A DNA stretch of 25,540 nucleotides from a virus (lineage: Duplodnaviria > Caudoviricetes), in IMG/VR virus record IMGVR_UViG_3300037313_000084, positions 1 to 25,540 of that record; one strand, written 5' to 3'. Of this stretch, positions 16,139 through 24,838 are shown piece by piece; within the stretch, counting starts at the first letter, position 1, and each line of letters starts with the position of its first letter. The notes beneath the pieces are model-generated. The model ran no database searches, had not been told where the DNA came from, and saw nothing but the letters and a program-made list of their open reading frames with translations. The position numbers were made by a program, and so were the translations under genes.

Positions 16139-16665
16139 GCGCGCGGCGGGATCGTGTAGCGCGCGAGAGCTGGACTCGCTTCGAGCTCGCTCTGCGCGAT
16201 CTGGCTAAACGTGACAGAGAACGGGCCTGCTGCTTGCTGCTGGATCGTCTGATCGCGACCAGACGATCGACATAGCGCTGCTGCGAGTGCGAGCAGCTCA
16301 GCAGGGCAGTCTTCGTAACCGTGCACGATGTCGAGCTCGACAGGGCCGATCGGCCATGCTGAACCGCGATAGAGACAGCCTGCGCGAAAGCGCGGTGTCT
16401 TCGCCGTCTGTACGTCGTCGCTCGACACGATCGCGTTCTCGTTGACGTCGCGAATCTCTGTGACGCTGTCGAGCCAGAGTGTCGGCAGAAGCAGATACTG
16501 CCCGCCGTCGCTGTCGACGACGACTGTCTCTGTGATCTGCGGTGCGATGTGCCACCCCGCCGCAGCGCGCATCGCTGCGTCGACGCTCGTCACGACGTCA
16601 GCCGCGAACGGGGCACCGGGAAAGACTGCGAGATCAGCAGCCTCGAAGAGCGGCGGGGTGGGCAT
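16135..16665 (-). CDS. Head-to-tail adaptor
   Basis: RAAAGWHIAP, LLLPTL, HGYEDCP, AGPFSVTF and LARYTIP motifs. Confidence 0.87.
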   Translation of the reverse strand: MPTPPLFEAADLAVFPGAPFAADVVTSVDAAMRAAAGWHIAPQITETVVVDSDGGQYLLLPTLWLDSVTEIRDVNENAIVSSDDVQTAKTPRFRAGCLYRGSAWPIGPVELDIVHGYEDCPAELLALAAALCRSSGRDQTIQQQAAGPFSVTFSQIAQSELEASPALARYTIPPRA

Positions 16666-16668
16666 CGA

Positions 16669-16833
16669 TCAGCTCGACTTGTTCGCTACCGACTTGCGCG
16701 CCTTGTTCTGCGCAGTCTTGCTCTTCGCTGCCTGCTCAGCTTCTGCCTGCGCAGCGTCGAACGCCTCTGCGTCGTCGTCGTGGACGAGCACAGTCACTTC
16801 GTGACCGTTGATCGTCTGCTTACGTTCCTGCAT
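16669..16833 (-). CDS. Small post-capsid hypothetical protein (54 aa)
   Basis: AAGGGAG SD before ATG 16833; C-terminal KTAQNKARKSVANK pattern typical of small head-associated proteins. Confidence 0.7.
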   Translation of the reverse strand: MQERKQTINGHEVTVLVHDDDAEAFDAAQAEAEQAAKSKTAQNKARKSVANKSS

Positions 16834-16870
16834 GTCTGGACTCCCTTGCTCCGTGCGACTGTCTGACGAC

Positions 16871-16936
16871 GAAGGGACGTCAGCGACGACGCTCGACGTT
16901 GCAGCTCCGCCGAAGATCGCGCGCTGACGCCCCCTC
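16871..16936 (-). terminator. Stem-loop after the major capsid gene
   Basis: mRNA GAGGGGGCGUCAGCG pairs with CGCUGACGUCCCUUC (15 bp, two G-U pairs), 36-nt loop, 7 nt after the capsid stop. Confidence 0.55.
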
Positions 16937-16943
16937 ATCGAGC

Positions 16944-18173
16944 TCACGCCAGCGTCACGACGTCGAAGGCGCTCGGGCGGTAAACCGCCAGACCGAGACG
17001 CTCTTCGGCGCGGATCGTGCTGATGTTGCTGCGGAACTTGTCACCGTCGCTGTTCGTGCTGTCGACGGTGATCCCGCCCTTGCGGAACACCTGCGCACCA
17101 GCAGCCCACGCAGCGACGACAGCAGTGCCAGCAGGCACAGCAGGCGTCACGACGGTGCGAAGACCCCAGACGCCAGGGTCGTTCACGACGCCGCCCTGAC
17201 CGTACGGGCCGACGAACGGCCCGCCGCCGTAGAACTGACCATTCCCGTCCGTCGCAAGACGGAGCTTCTGGTAGTCAGTCGGGTTGATCACGACGCCGTC
17301 AGGCTCAAGCAGTGACACCGTGCGAATCTCAGTGATCGCGCGGTACAGCGCAGCGAAGTTGTCCGCTGCGCTCGCAGACGCCTCGGTCAGTACGCCGGTC
17401 GTGTTGAGGATTCCGCGCACGTTCGGCGCAGTGCCGTTGCCGTTGAGGATCTGATCCTCTTCCTCCTGCTGAATGAACAGCGTGAGTCGCCCGTCGATGT
17501 ACGAACGCGCAGCGTCCATGTCTTCGAGGAACTCGTCAGGCACGTCGAGCACGGTCGCGATCTTCGACAGCCCGTGCTCGACACGAGCGAGCGTCAGATC
17601 GGACGGAGGCTTGACGCCGCCTTCTGCGACAGCAGCAGCAGCGTTCGTCGAAGCCGTCTCACGCAGGTACGACAGCACAGAGCCGCTCATCTGCCCCTGC
17701 GCGAGCAGATCAGCGACGACAGGCCGGTTGAGCGCCTGCGTGAGCAGAGGCCCTTCCTGCACGCCGCCGATGCGCACGCCGACAGTGGTCAGCGCCTTGA
17801 TGTTGATGCCGGTGTCGACAGCCTTCGTCGTGTAACGAGAGCCGCTCTTCACCGCAGCGAGAGCATCGAGGTACGCATCGCTCTTGACGAACGCTTCGCC
17901 GATCGACTTGAACTGCTTCTGCACGCCGCCGCCGTCGTCGTTCTCGTCGTCTTCGTCGCCGCCCTTGAGGGCCGCGCCGAGACGCGTGCGCAGCTTCGCG
18001 TCGTCAGCAATGTCCTTGATCTGCACGAGCAGCTCTTCGGACGTCTTCATGTGCGAGCGCACCTTGTCGCGCTCGTCATCCTTCAGCGGGCGATTCTCAC
18101 TCTTCGCCGTGTCGATGATCGACTTTGCGGCTTCGAGCTCGCTCACTCGCTGCTCTTCCAGCGTCGGAGGCAT
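16944..18173 (-). CDS. Major capsid protein, HK97 fold, with N-terminal delta/scaffold domain
   Basis: VAEGGVKPPSD, KIATVLDVPDEFLED, EEDQILNGNG, VINPTDY, IRAEERLGLAVYRPSAF. Confidence 0.97.
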   Translation of the reverse strand: MPPTLEEQRVSELEAAKSIIDTAKSENRPLKDDERDKVRSHMKTSEELLVQIKDIADDAKLRTRLGAALKGGDEDDENDDGGGVQKQFKSIGEAFVKSDAYLDALAAVKSGSRYTTKAVDTGINIKALTTVGVRIGGVQEGPLLTQALNRPVVADLLAQGQMSGSVLSYLRETASTNAAAAVAEGGVKPPSDLTLARVEHGLSKIATVLDVPDEFLEDMDAARSYIDGRLTLFIQQEEEDQILNGNGTAPNVRGILNTTGVLTEASASAADNFAALYRAITEIRTVSLLEPDGVVINPTDYQKLRLATDGNGQFYGGGPFVGPYGQGGVVNDPGVWGLRTVVTPAVPAGTAVVAAWAAGAQVFRKGGITVDSTNSDGDKFRSNISTIRAEERLGLAVYRPSAFDVVTLA

Positions 18174-18175
18174 GG

Positions 18176-18976
18176 TTAGCCCCTCTCTGTGAGTAGTTGC
18201 AGTTCGAGCAGCAGGTCGTCGTCGGCCGGACCAGTCGGGGTGGGTTCGTCGGTCTTCTCGCTTGCGCGTTCGTCGACCTTCACCGGGCTCGCTGGCTGGG
18301 CGTCCTTGCCCTGTGCGGTGGTGCTTGACGTGCCGTCGTCGTCAGACGACTGCGCGTCGATCAGTGCGAGCACGCGCCCGATCGCGTCGTACGCGTCTCG
18401 CAAAGCTGTTTCGTTCGACGCGCTGAGTACGCGTCCGACCTTGAGTCGCAGCGCAGCGAAGTCGTTCGCGCTGATGACTGCGAAGCCTTCGTCATTACGC
18501 TTCGCGTCGAGCGTGCGCGTGTTCTGGTTCATCCCGATCAGAGTCGGGCCGACTTCGAAGAGCTTGAGCTCGCGCAGCGCAGTCTCGCCGGGACCGTCTT
18601 CGTCAGGGCCTGCGTCGATGACTTCGTACGCGAACGAGTAGTTACGAACGCGACCGCCCTTGATGAGCTTGAACGCCTTGCGCGCCTTGTCGTCTTCCAT
18701 GTCGAGCTGCGCGCGAACAAAGAGCCCTTCGTCGATCTCTTTCGCTTCGATGACGTCACCGAGATACGCATCGAGATCGTCATGCATGTGTGACCAGATG
18801 AACGGAATCTGGTTGTCGCTCGCTGCCCACTCTTCGAGCGACTTCGCGAACGCACCCGGCACGATGCGATCGCCGATGCTGTCGACGTCGTACGTGGCGA
18901 CGAGCGCTTCGACGATGCCTGCGCCGCCCTCAGCGCTGTCGACAGCCTTGATCTGAACAGGAAGGGTCTTGAGCAT
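18176..18976 (-). CDS. HK97-family prohead (capsid maturation) protease
   Basis: DSIGDRIVPGAF, IWSH, YSFAY and LFEVG motifs; acidic C-terminal extension. Confidence 0.94.
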   Translation of the reverse strand: MLKTLPVQIKAVDSAEGGAGIVEALVATYDVDSIGDRIVPGAFAKSLEEWAASDNQIPFIWSHMHDDLDAYLGDVIEAKEIDEGLFVRAQLDMEDDKARKAFKLIKGGRVRNYSFAYEVIDAGPDEDGPGETALRELKLFEVGPTLIGMNQNTRTLDAKRNDEGFAVISANDFAALRLKVGRVLSASNETALRDAYDAIGRVLALIDAQSSDDDGTSSTTAQGKDAQPASPVKVDERASEKTDEPTPTGPADDDLLLELQLLTERG

Positions 18977-18988
18977 CGTGTGCGCCTC

Positions 18989-20974
18989 TCAGAGAGAAAT
19001 CTCGATGTGGCAGTTACACCCAGCGACCTCGTCTGCGATCCCACGCTCGCCGGGGTACTGCATTCCGTTGCTGAAGGGCTCATGCAGCGGCACCGTCTCG
19101 CCGCTCATGCGCGCGTGAGTGGGACGCGGATTTGAGCCCGTTATCCACGTCTTCATCGGCTCGACGTCGTTTCGCTCTGCGATCTGCGACGCGACTTCAC
19201 GCGCTGCGAAGCCAGCAGCAAACGTGCCGACGAGGGTCGCGACACCGCTCGCGCGCTGATCGCGCGCCTTCTCGAAGACGTCAGCAGGGTCGCTGTCGTT
19301 CTCGATCGCGTCGTCGAGCTGACTCTTTGTCGTCGCGTTGACGTTCGTCGCGAAGCGCTCTGCCGCGTTGCGCAGAAATACGACTGTGCGAGCTTCGTCG
19401 TACTCGTCAGCGTCGAAGCCGAGTCGCTCTGCTTCGCGTCGTCCGATCGTCGCCGCGATCTGAACCGCGAGCGGATGCACAGCGTCTGTGAGTTCGCGGT
19501 CCCAACGTTCGCCGTCCCACCAGTCGCGATCGCCTGCGCCGAGTCGAGACAGCACAGTGCGCGACTGCTTGCCGAAGAATGTCGCGAAGACTTCTGCGAT
19601 CTTGCGCTGCTGCTGCTCGTCGACACGCGCTTTGATGCTGATCACGTTGCTGTGCTCGCCGCTGGCGAGCTGTGCGAGCTGCTTCGTGCTGTCGAGCGCT
19701 CGCGACGCTGCCGACGCGGGAGGCGCGCTGTCACGCGGCGACGCTTGCCCGCCGACGAGCACGTTGAGCGGCACGACGAGCTCGTCAGCGCCCTCGACAG
19801 GTGGCATGTTCAGTCGAGCTCGTGCCTCAGATCGCGTCATCCACGGTGCGCCGACGCTCGTCTGCATCGCTGCTGCTTGCTCTTCGAAGCTGCCTTGCAG
19901 CTTCTCGGCGATGTTGAACTCGACATAGAGCTCATCGGTGTCGTCGAAGCGTGTCACCAAGAACGCGTTCAGACGATCTTCGATCGACGCCATGATCGGG
20001 CCGAGCGTGTCGCCGTACAGCATTTTGCGGAACTCGCGAACGTTCGAATAGTTCGCGTTGTCGAGCAGGCCGACCATCGTCGGGTTGACGTGATAGATCG
20101 CAGCGACGAGCGACAGAGACAGCTTTGCTGCGTCGATCCACTCTGCTTCGCGCGCGTTGAACTGCTGCGAGTTGAGCTTCATGCCGTCTTCGAGAAGCAT
20201 GAAGCCGCCGCGACGAGTGCCCTCGCCGCCGAACTTCTCGCGCACGTCGCTGATGAAGCGCTCGCGTGCGCCCTCTTTCCACTGCACGCCTTGCGGTCGC
20301 TCGATCGCGCCGCCGATCTGTGCGCCGTTCTGCCATGCGAGCTTGCGAAACTCGAATGCAGCAGCTTGCTCAGCGATGACGCTCTTGATCGAGTCGAGCG
20401 GCGAGCTCGGGATGCCGACTGCTGTCGTCGGATTCCAGCCGGGGAAGTACAGCACTCGATCAGCAGGCACGTCGACGCCGCCGCCGTTCTTGACGTCTGC
20501 GACGTGGAACGACTCGATCGCACTGAGCGGGTCGTCTGCGTTGTGCGCTGTCACGCGAGCAGGCGGGATGCGCGTCAGCGTGTCATTCCCGTTGCTGTCG
20601 CGCCCGATGAGCCAGTACGCGCGCTCATAGAGCGCTTTGTCGCAGATCAGCCCGAAGATCAGCTCGTACGTCGTCGTCGTCGGATTCGGTCGACGCAGCA
20701 CGTTCGACAGCGCGTGATCGCGCACGCGCTCGCGCTGGTTGTCGTCGATGCGTCGATACGTATGTACGCCGAGCTGTGCGATGTTACGCGCGAGAAACGT
20801 GACAACAGTGCGCACGTAGGGCTGTGTGTTCCAGACCTTCGACGGTGGCAGTGACAGCGCCCATGCTGTAGCGCGTCGCACTTCTGTCGACACGTCAAAA
20901 ACGCTGTTGTCTAGCGCTCGCTCGACCGGGCGCGGCGCGGCAGCCTTGAGCCCGATGCGCTCAAGCAGGCTCAT
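18989..20974 (-). CDS. HK97-family portal protein fused to a MuF-like minor head domain
   Basis: Portal motifs RRPNP, LLEDGMK, IYHVNPTMVG, YSN, WMTRSEAR. C-terminal KTWIT...RPTH...GETVPLHEPFSNG..YPG...GCNC. Confidence 0.92.
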   Translation of the reverse strand: MSLLERIGLKAAAPRPVERALDNSVFDVSTEVRRATAWALSLPPSKVWNTQPYVRTVVTFLARNIAQLGVHTYRRIDDNQRERVRDHALSNVLRRPNPTTTTYELIFGLICDKALYERAYWLIGRDSNGNDTLTRIPPARVTAHNADDPLSAIESFHVADVKNGGGVDVPADRVLYFPGWNPTTAVGIPSSPLDSIKSVIAEQAAAFEFRKLAWQNGAQIGGAIERPQGVQWKEGARERFISDVREKFGGEGTRRGGFMLLEDGMKLNSQQFNAREAEWIDAAKLSLSLVAAIYHVNPTMVGLLDNANYSNVREFRKMLYGDTLGPIMASIEDRLNAFLVTRFDDTDELYVEFNIAEKLQGSFEEQAAAMQTSVGAPWMTRSEARARLNMPPVEGADELVVPLNVLVGGQASPRDSAPPASAASRALDSTKQLAQLASGEHSNVISIKARVDEQQQRKIAEVFATFFGKQSRTVLSRLGAGDRDWWDGERWDRELTDAVHPLAVQIAATIGRREAERLGFDADEYDEARTVVFLRNAAERFATNVNATTKSQLDDAIENDSDPADVFEKARDQRASGVATLVGTFAAGFAAREVASQIAERNDVEPMKTWITGSNPRPTHARMSGETVPLHEPFSNGMQYPGERGIADEVAGCNCHIEISL

Positions 20975-22683
20975 CAGATGATGACCAATCCGTGCTCGTC
21001 GTCGTACGCGCTCGACACTGCGGGCTCGGCAGTCATCACCATCGACATAGCTGTGGTCGCTGCCGACCAGCCGTCGATCTTGTCGCCCGACTTGCGCTTG
21101 TCAGGCTTGACGTTGCCTGCTGCGTCCATCGCAACTGCGAGATTGTCTGTCTGCCAGCGCATCAGCGGGTTTCCTCCGTGCCTGTATCGAGGCGTCTCGT
21201 TCGTGCCCTCGCGCAGTGCGTGACCGATCTGCTTGAGCGGCGCTGACATCGACGCGAACCCTTGACGCACTTGCACCATTGGCGCTTCGTCGCCGATCAG
21301 GTCATTGACGAGCTGCGAGCTGTTCCACGGGTCGAAGCCGATCGCGGCGACATCGAAGAGCTCGCGATCGTGGTTGATCTGCTGACGGATGAAGTCGTAA
21401 TCAGCGACGTCGCCTGACGTGACGGTGAGCAGCCCTTCGCGACGCCAGATGTCAGCGGCGCGAGCTGTGCGCTTGCTGAGTCGATCGAAAGCTGACTCTG
21501 GGCACCAGTGCCGCCAGACGACGTCATAGCCGCCCGTGCCGTCTGGGAACGTCCAGCAGAGCGAGCAGAGATCGCTCGTCGCAGCGAGGTCAAGCCCGCC
21601 GTATGCAGTGCGCCCGTGCAGTCGCTCGACGTTGACGATGCCAGCGTTTCGGTCCCACACGGGAAGCTCGACGAAGCGCGTCTCTTGCTTCGTTCTGATG
21701 CCGAGATGCAAGCGCAAGAATGACGAGAGCTCTGCGGGGCTGTTTTTTGCGCGTGCTGCTCTGTCGAGCAGGTACTGACGTGTCGGGCTGATCCCGTAGC
21801 CGGGGTTCGCCTTCGCCCACGTTGCCTCGCTGAATGGGTCGTCGTCAGCGTCTGCACACCAGATGACGCCGTACGTTGCTGCATCTTTGATGACGCGCGA
21901 TGCGAGCTGCTCGACGTAGTTACGTTTCCGGGCGTAGATCGTGTCTTGTCGCCCGTCGTCGGCTGTCGTGATCATGCAGACGAGCGGCTGCGTACGTGAG
22001 CCGGTGCCTGACTCGATGACTTCGACGAGCTCGCTGCTGCGATGCGCGTGCAGCTCGTCGACGATGCCGCCGTGCAAGTTGCCGCCATGCAGGGCTTCTG
22101 CGACTGAGCTGACAACTTCCATATAGCTGTTCGTTGTCTTGTGCACGATGCGCGACGCGTACGCCTTCACGTGCGGTCGCAGAGCTGGCGACTTCGCTGC
22201 GAGCTGACGCACCGGGTCGAACACATAGCGCGCTTGCTTCGTCGTCGTCGCTGCTGCGACGACTTCTGCGCCTTGCTCGCCGTCAGCACACGTGAGATAG
22301 ACGCCGATGCCGCCGAGCAGCGTGCTCTTCCCGTTCTTGCGCGAGACCTCGACGTACGCCGTGCGCACTATGCGCACATAGTCATTCGCGTCGTCTTCCC
22401 AGCGAACCCAACCGAAGACAGGCGCGATGATGTACGCGATTTGCCACGGGTCAGGGATCAGTGGGTGACCGGCCCAACGACCCTTCGTGTGTCGCAGTCG
22501 CTTGAACGCGTCGAGCACTCGATCGACACGAGCAGGATCGAAGCGTGCGCCTTTGACGTTGCGCGGCTCTGGCGTCTTGATCTCAGGCGGGCACGTCGGC
22601 AACGGGATACCGCGATCGCGTAGATACCACGCGACTTCGGGCGACAGCTTGAGCTCGTCAAGATCAACGTCTGCTGTAGTCAT
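20974..22683 (-). CDS. terL: Terminase large subunit
   Basis: HTKGRWAG, Walker A VSRKNGKST, Walker B IVDELH, ITTA, YGGLDLA, DPWN, KIDG. Start is 22683 or 22695. Confidence 0.97.
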   Translation of the reverse strand: MTTADVDLDELKLSPEVAWYLRDRGIPLPTCPPEIKTPEPRNVKGARFDPARVDRVLDAFKRLRHTKGRWAGHPLIPDPWQIAYIIAPVFGWVRWEDDANDYVRIVRTAYVEVSRKNGKSTLLGGIGVYLTCADGEQGAEVVAAATTTKQARYVFDPVRQLAAKSPALRPHVKAYASRIVHKTTNSYMEVVSSVAEALHGGNLHGGIVDELHAHRSSELVEVIESGTGSRTQPLVCMITTADDGRQDTIYARKRNYVEQLASRVIKDAATYGVIWCADADDDPFSEATWAKANPGYGISPTRQYLLDRAARAKNSPAELSSFLRLHLGIRTKQETRFVELPVWDRNAGIVNVERLHGRTAYGGLDLAATSDLCSLCWTFPDGTGGYDVVWRHWCPESAFDRLSKRTARAADIWRREGLLTVTSGDVADYDFIRQQINHDRELFDVAAIGFDPWNSSQLVNDLIGDEAPMVQVRQGFASMSAPLKQIGHALREGTNETPRYRHGGNPLMRWQTDNLAVAMDAAGNVKPDKRKSGDKIDGWSAATTAMSMVMTAEPAVSSAYDDEHGLVII

Positions 22684-22954
22684 CGGGCGTCGCAATCAGT
22701 GCGAAGACGACCCACGCGCATGCAGCGGTCGTCAGGGCAGTGCGTACGCCGAGCTCTGTGTTTCTGATGATCTGCTCGATGTTGCTGACGACTGTCACGC
22801 CGAGCAGTGCAAGCAGCGATTGCGACATCAGACGCATGCGAGCTGTCCAGCGTGACCACTTCGTGAGCAGGCTGCGCGCGATCATGACGAACGCGATCGC
22901 AGCAAGCAGAGCGTTCGTTGTGCGCCAGATGTCGCTGAGCAGCAGTGAGCTCAT
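22664..22954 (-). CDS. Membrane protein (about 3 TM) between terS and terL
   Basis: 96 aa with three hydrophobic stretches; ATGA overlap with the terS stop. Confidence 0.7.
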   Translation of the reverse strand: MSSLLLSDIWRTTNALLAAIAFVMIARSLLTKWSRWTARMRLMSQSLLALLGVTVVSNIEQIIRNTELGVRTALTTAACAWVVFALIATPDDYSRR

Positions 22955-23409
22955 CGTGCGCCAGCGAACGGGTTCGCACCGTCATCGTCGTCACGATCAC
23001 GATCGATGCGCGCGCGAGCTGACGGGGTGAGCCCGAACTCTTGCGCGAGCTGGCGAATCAGATGCGCTGCGTCGCGCTGAATCTGAATCGCTGGGTTGCG
23101 CACGAGATTGCCGTGCATGCCCTTGACGAGCACGGGGGAGCGCGCGAGCAGAGCCGACGCCTTGCGGTGCTTGTCGACTGCTTCGCAGTACGCGACGAGC
23201 GCGTCACGATCAGCGGGCGACGCGATCTTCATGAACTCAAGCTCGGCGACTGTGTAATCGAAAATCTCGCGCACGTCGTCGCTCATGTCGACGGGCGGCA
23301 CGATCTCACCGCTGCGCGCGACAGGCTCAGTCGTACTGACGTCGCGCTCGCGTGCGCCGTTGAGCAGGCGCAACGAGGCGGGCTTCGGCGCTGGTCCGCG
23401 TCGTCCCAT
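22951..23409 (-). CDS. terS: Terminase small subunit, P27 family
   Basis: MGRRGPAPKP..L..LNG, LVAYCEA, NPA, EFGLTPSARARI; GAGGTG SD. Confidence 0.95.
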   Translation of the reverse strand: MGRRGPAPKPASLRLLNGARERDVSTTEPVARSGEIVPPVDMSDDVREIFDYTVAELEFMKIASPADRDALVAYCEAVDKHRKASALLARSPVLVKGMHGNLVRNPAIQIQRDAAHLIRQLAQEFGLTPSARARIDRDRDDDDGANPFAGAR

Positions 23410-23413
23410 GTCG

Positions 23414-24838
23414 TCACCTCTCTTCTGGCTTGTGCAGCACGATCACTGGCTCGAATCGCTGCATCTGCTCGCCCTGACCGGGCACGCGTGACAGCGGGAA
23501 TCGCTCGACACGCAGCAGCTCGAAGCCGAGCTCTTGCGCGACGTCGCACGTCCACTGCACAAGCGGATAGGTCGTCGAGCCGATCTTGACGTCTGCGATG
23601 TTGATGACGTTGTGCGCGCCAGCTCGAAGCGCGACGTACTGCAACGCGAGCATCGGGCGCAGGAAGCCTTCGCGCCATGCGTCGCCGCTCTTGTATCGCT
23701 GCCAGCTCTGCGTGTCGTCGTCGCTGTATTGCTCTTTCGAGAAGTACGGCGGCGACGTGAATGCGAAGTCGCACGAGTCGCGCAGCGGGATCGCGTCAAC
23801 GTCTTCTGCTGGCAGATTGATCAGCTCGACGCCGTCAATGCCGAGCGTCTTCGTCATGCGCAGATTGCCGTCGTGCGTCGGCACGTTCGGATCGATGCCG
23901 ATGTACCGACTGCACTTGCTCGCTGCGTAGCCGATGAGCCTGCCGCCGAAGCCCGTTGACGTGTCGAGCACTGTCGCGCCGTCTGGTGCAAAACGTCGAT
24001 ACATCAGCAGCGCGAAGCCGGGTCGAAAGTTCGCTGCGACTTGCGTGCCGAGCACCATGCCGAGCGAGCTCAGCAGTGACGTGTCGTTGAGCTTCGAGCC
24101 GTCGTCGATGACGAGCTCGATCGCGCGTCGCATGCGCTCGTCATCGTTGAACGCGTCGACTGCTGTGCGTGAGCGCTTGCCTGCGATCGGGACATGCCAG
24201 CGATGCGGGTGATAGCTGTCAGCGACGTGATAGCCGATGTCTGTCGTGAGCAGTGCTTCGCTGTCGAGCGTCGCGAGCTTGTTGAGTTGCTGCATCTGCT
24301 CATGCAGTGCGAGCTCGCGATATGGAAACCCGCGCTCGCGATAGAAGTTCATCGCTGCTTCGACGATCTGCTCACGCGTGAACATCGAGAACGCGTCGAG
24401 CTCTGCATCTTGCTCGACGTCTGTCGCTGCTGCGACGTCGAGTGACGACATCAGTGCGAGCAAGTCTTCGTCGCTGTAGCCGGTGCCGTCGAGCTCGTCG
24501 AAGCCTTGCAGCAGCTCGACGAGCTGAGCTTCGTCATAGTCAGCGACGTCGTTACTGCGGTTGTCGACGAGCAAGATGCGTCGAGCTCTGTCGTCGTCGA
24601 CGTCGAGCCAGATGACAGGCAGCTCGTCGATGCCGCGCTCGCGAGCTGCGAGCAGTCGATGATTTCCAGCGAGCACGTAGCCGGTCGAACGCTGCGCGAT
24701 GACTGAGCCATAGAAGCCGTTGTCGTCGATCGAGCTCGCGATCTTGTCGACGTCACCGCGTCGCGGGTTGTGCGGGTGCGTACGCAGCTCGTCGATGTTG
24801 ACGAGCTCGTACTGCTGCGCGATCACAGCAGCGCTCAT
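23414..24838 (-). CDS. ParB/Srx-domain protein fused to an amino (N4-C/N6-A) DNA methyltransferase
   Basis: N-terminal HPHNPR..IASSI..GF..LAGNHRLLAA..DNR. C-terminal motif I VLDTSTGFGG, YIGID and motif IV FTSPPY. Start at 24838 by ATGA overlap. Confidence 0.88.
   Translation of the reverse strand: MSAAVIAQQYELVNIDELRTHPHNPRRGDVDKIASSIDDNGFYGSVIAQRSTGYVLAGNHRLLAARERGIDELPVIWLDVDDDRARRILLVDNRSNDVADYDEAQLVELLQGFDELDGTGYSDEDLLALMSSLDVAAATDVEQDAELDAFSMFTREQIVEAAMNFYRERGFPYRELALHEQMQQLNKLATLDSEALLTTDIGYHVADSYHPHRWHVPIAGKRSRTAVDAFNDDERMRRAIELVIDDGSKLNDTSLLSSLGMVLGTQVAANFRPGFALLMYRRFAPDGATVLDTSTGFGGRLIGYAASKCSRYIGIDPNVPTHDGNLRMTKTLGIDGVELINLPAEDVDAIPLRDSCDFAFTSPPYFSKEQYSDDDTQSWQRYKSGDAWREGFLRPMLALQYVALRAGAHNVINIADVKIGSTTYPLVQWTCDVAQELGFELLRVERFPLSRVPGQGEQMQRFEPVIVLHKPEER

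Noticed and set aside
19475-20854. 459-aa plus-strand ORF opposite the portal gene
   Set aside because: Antisense shadow of a well-supported gene.
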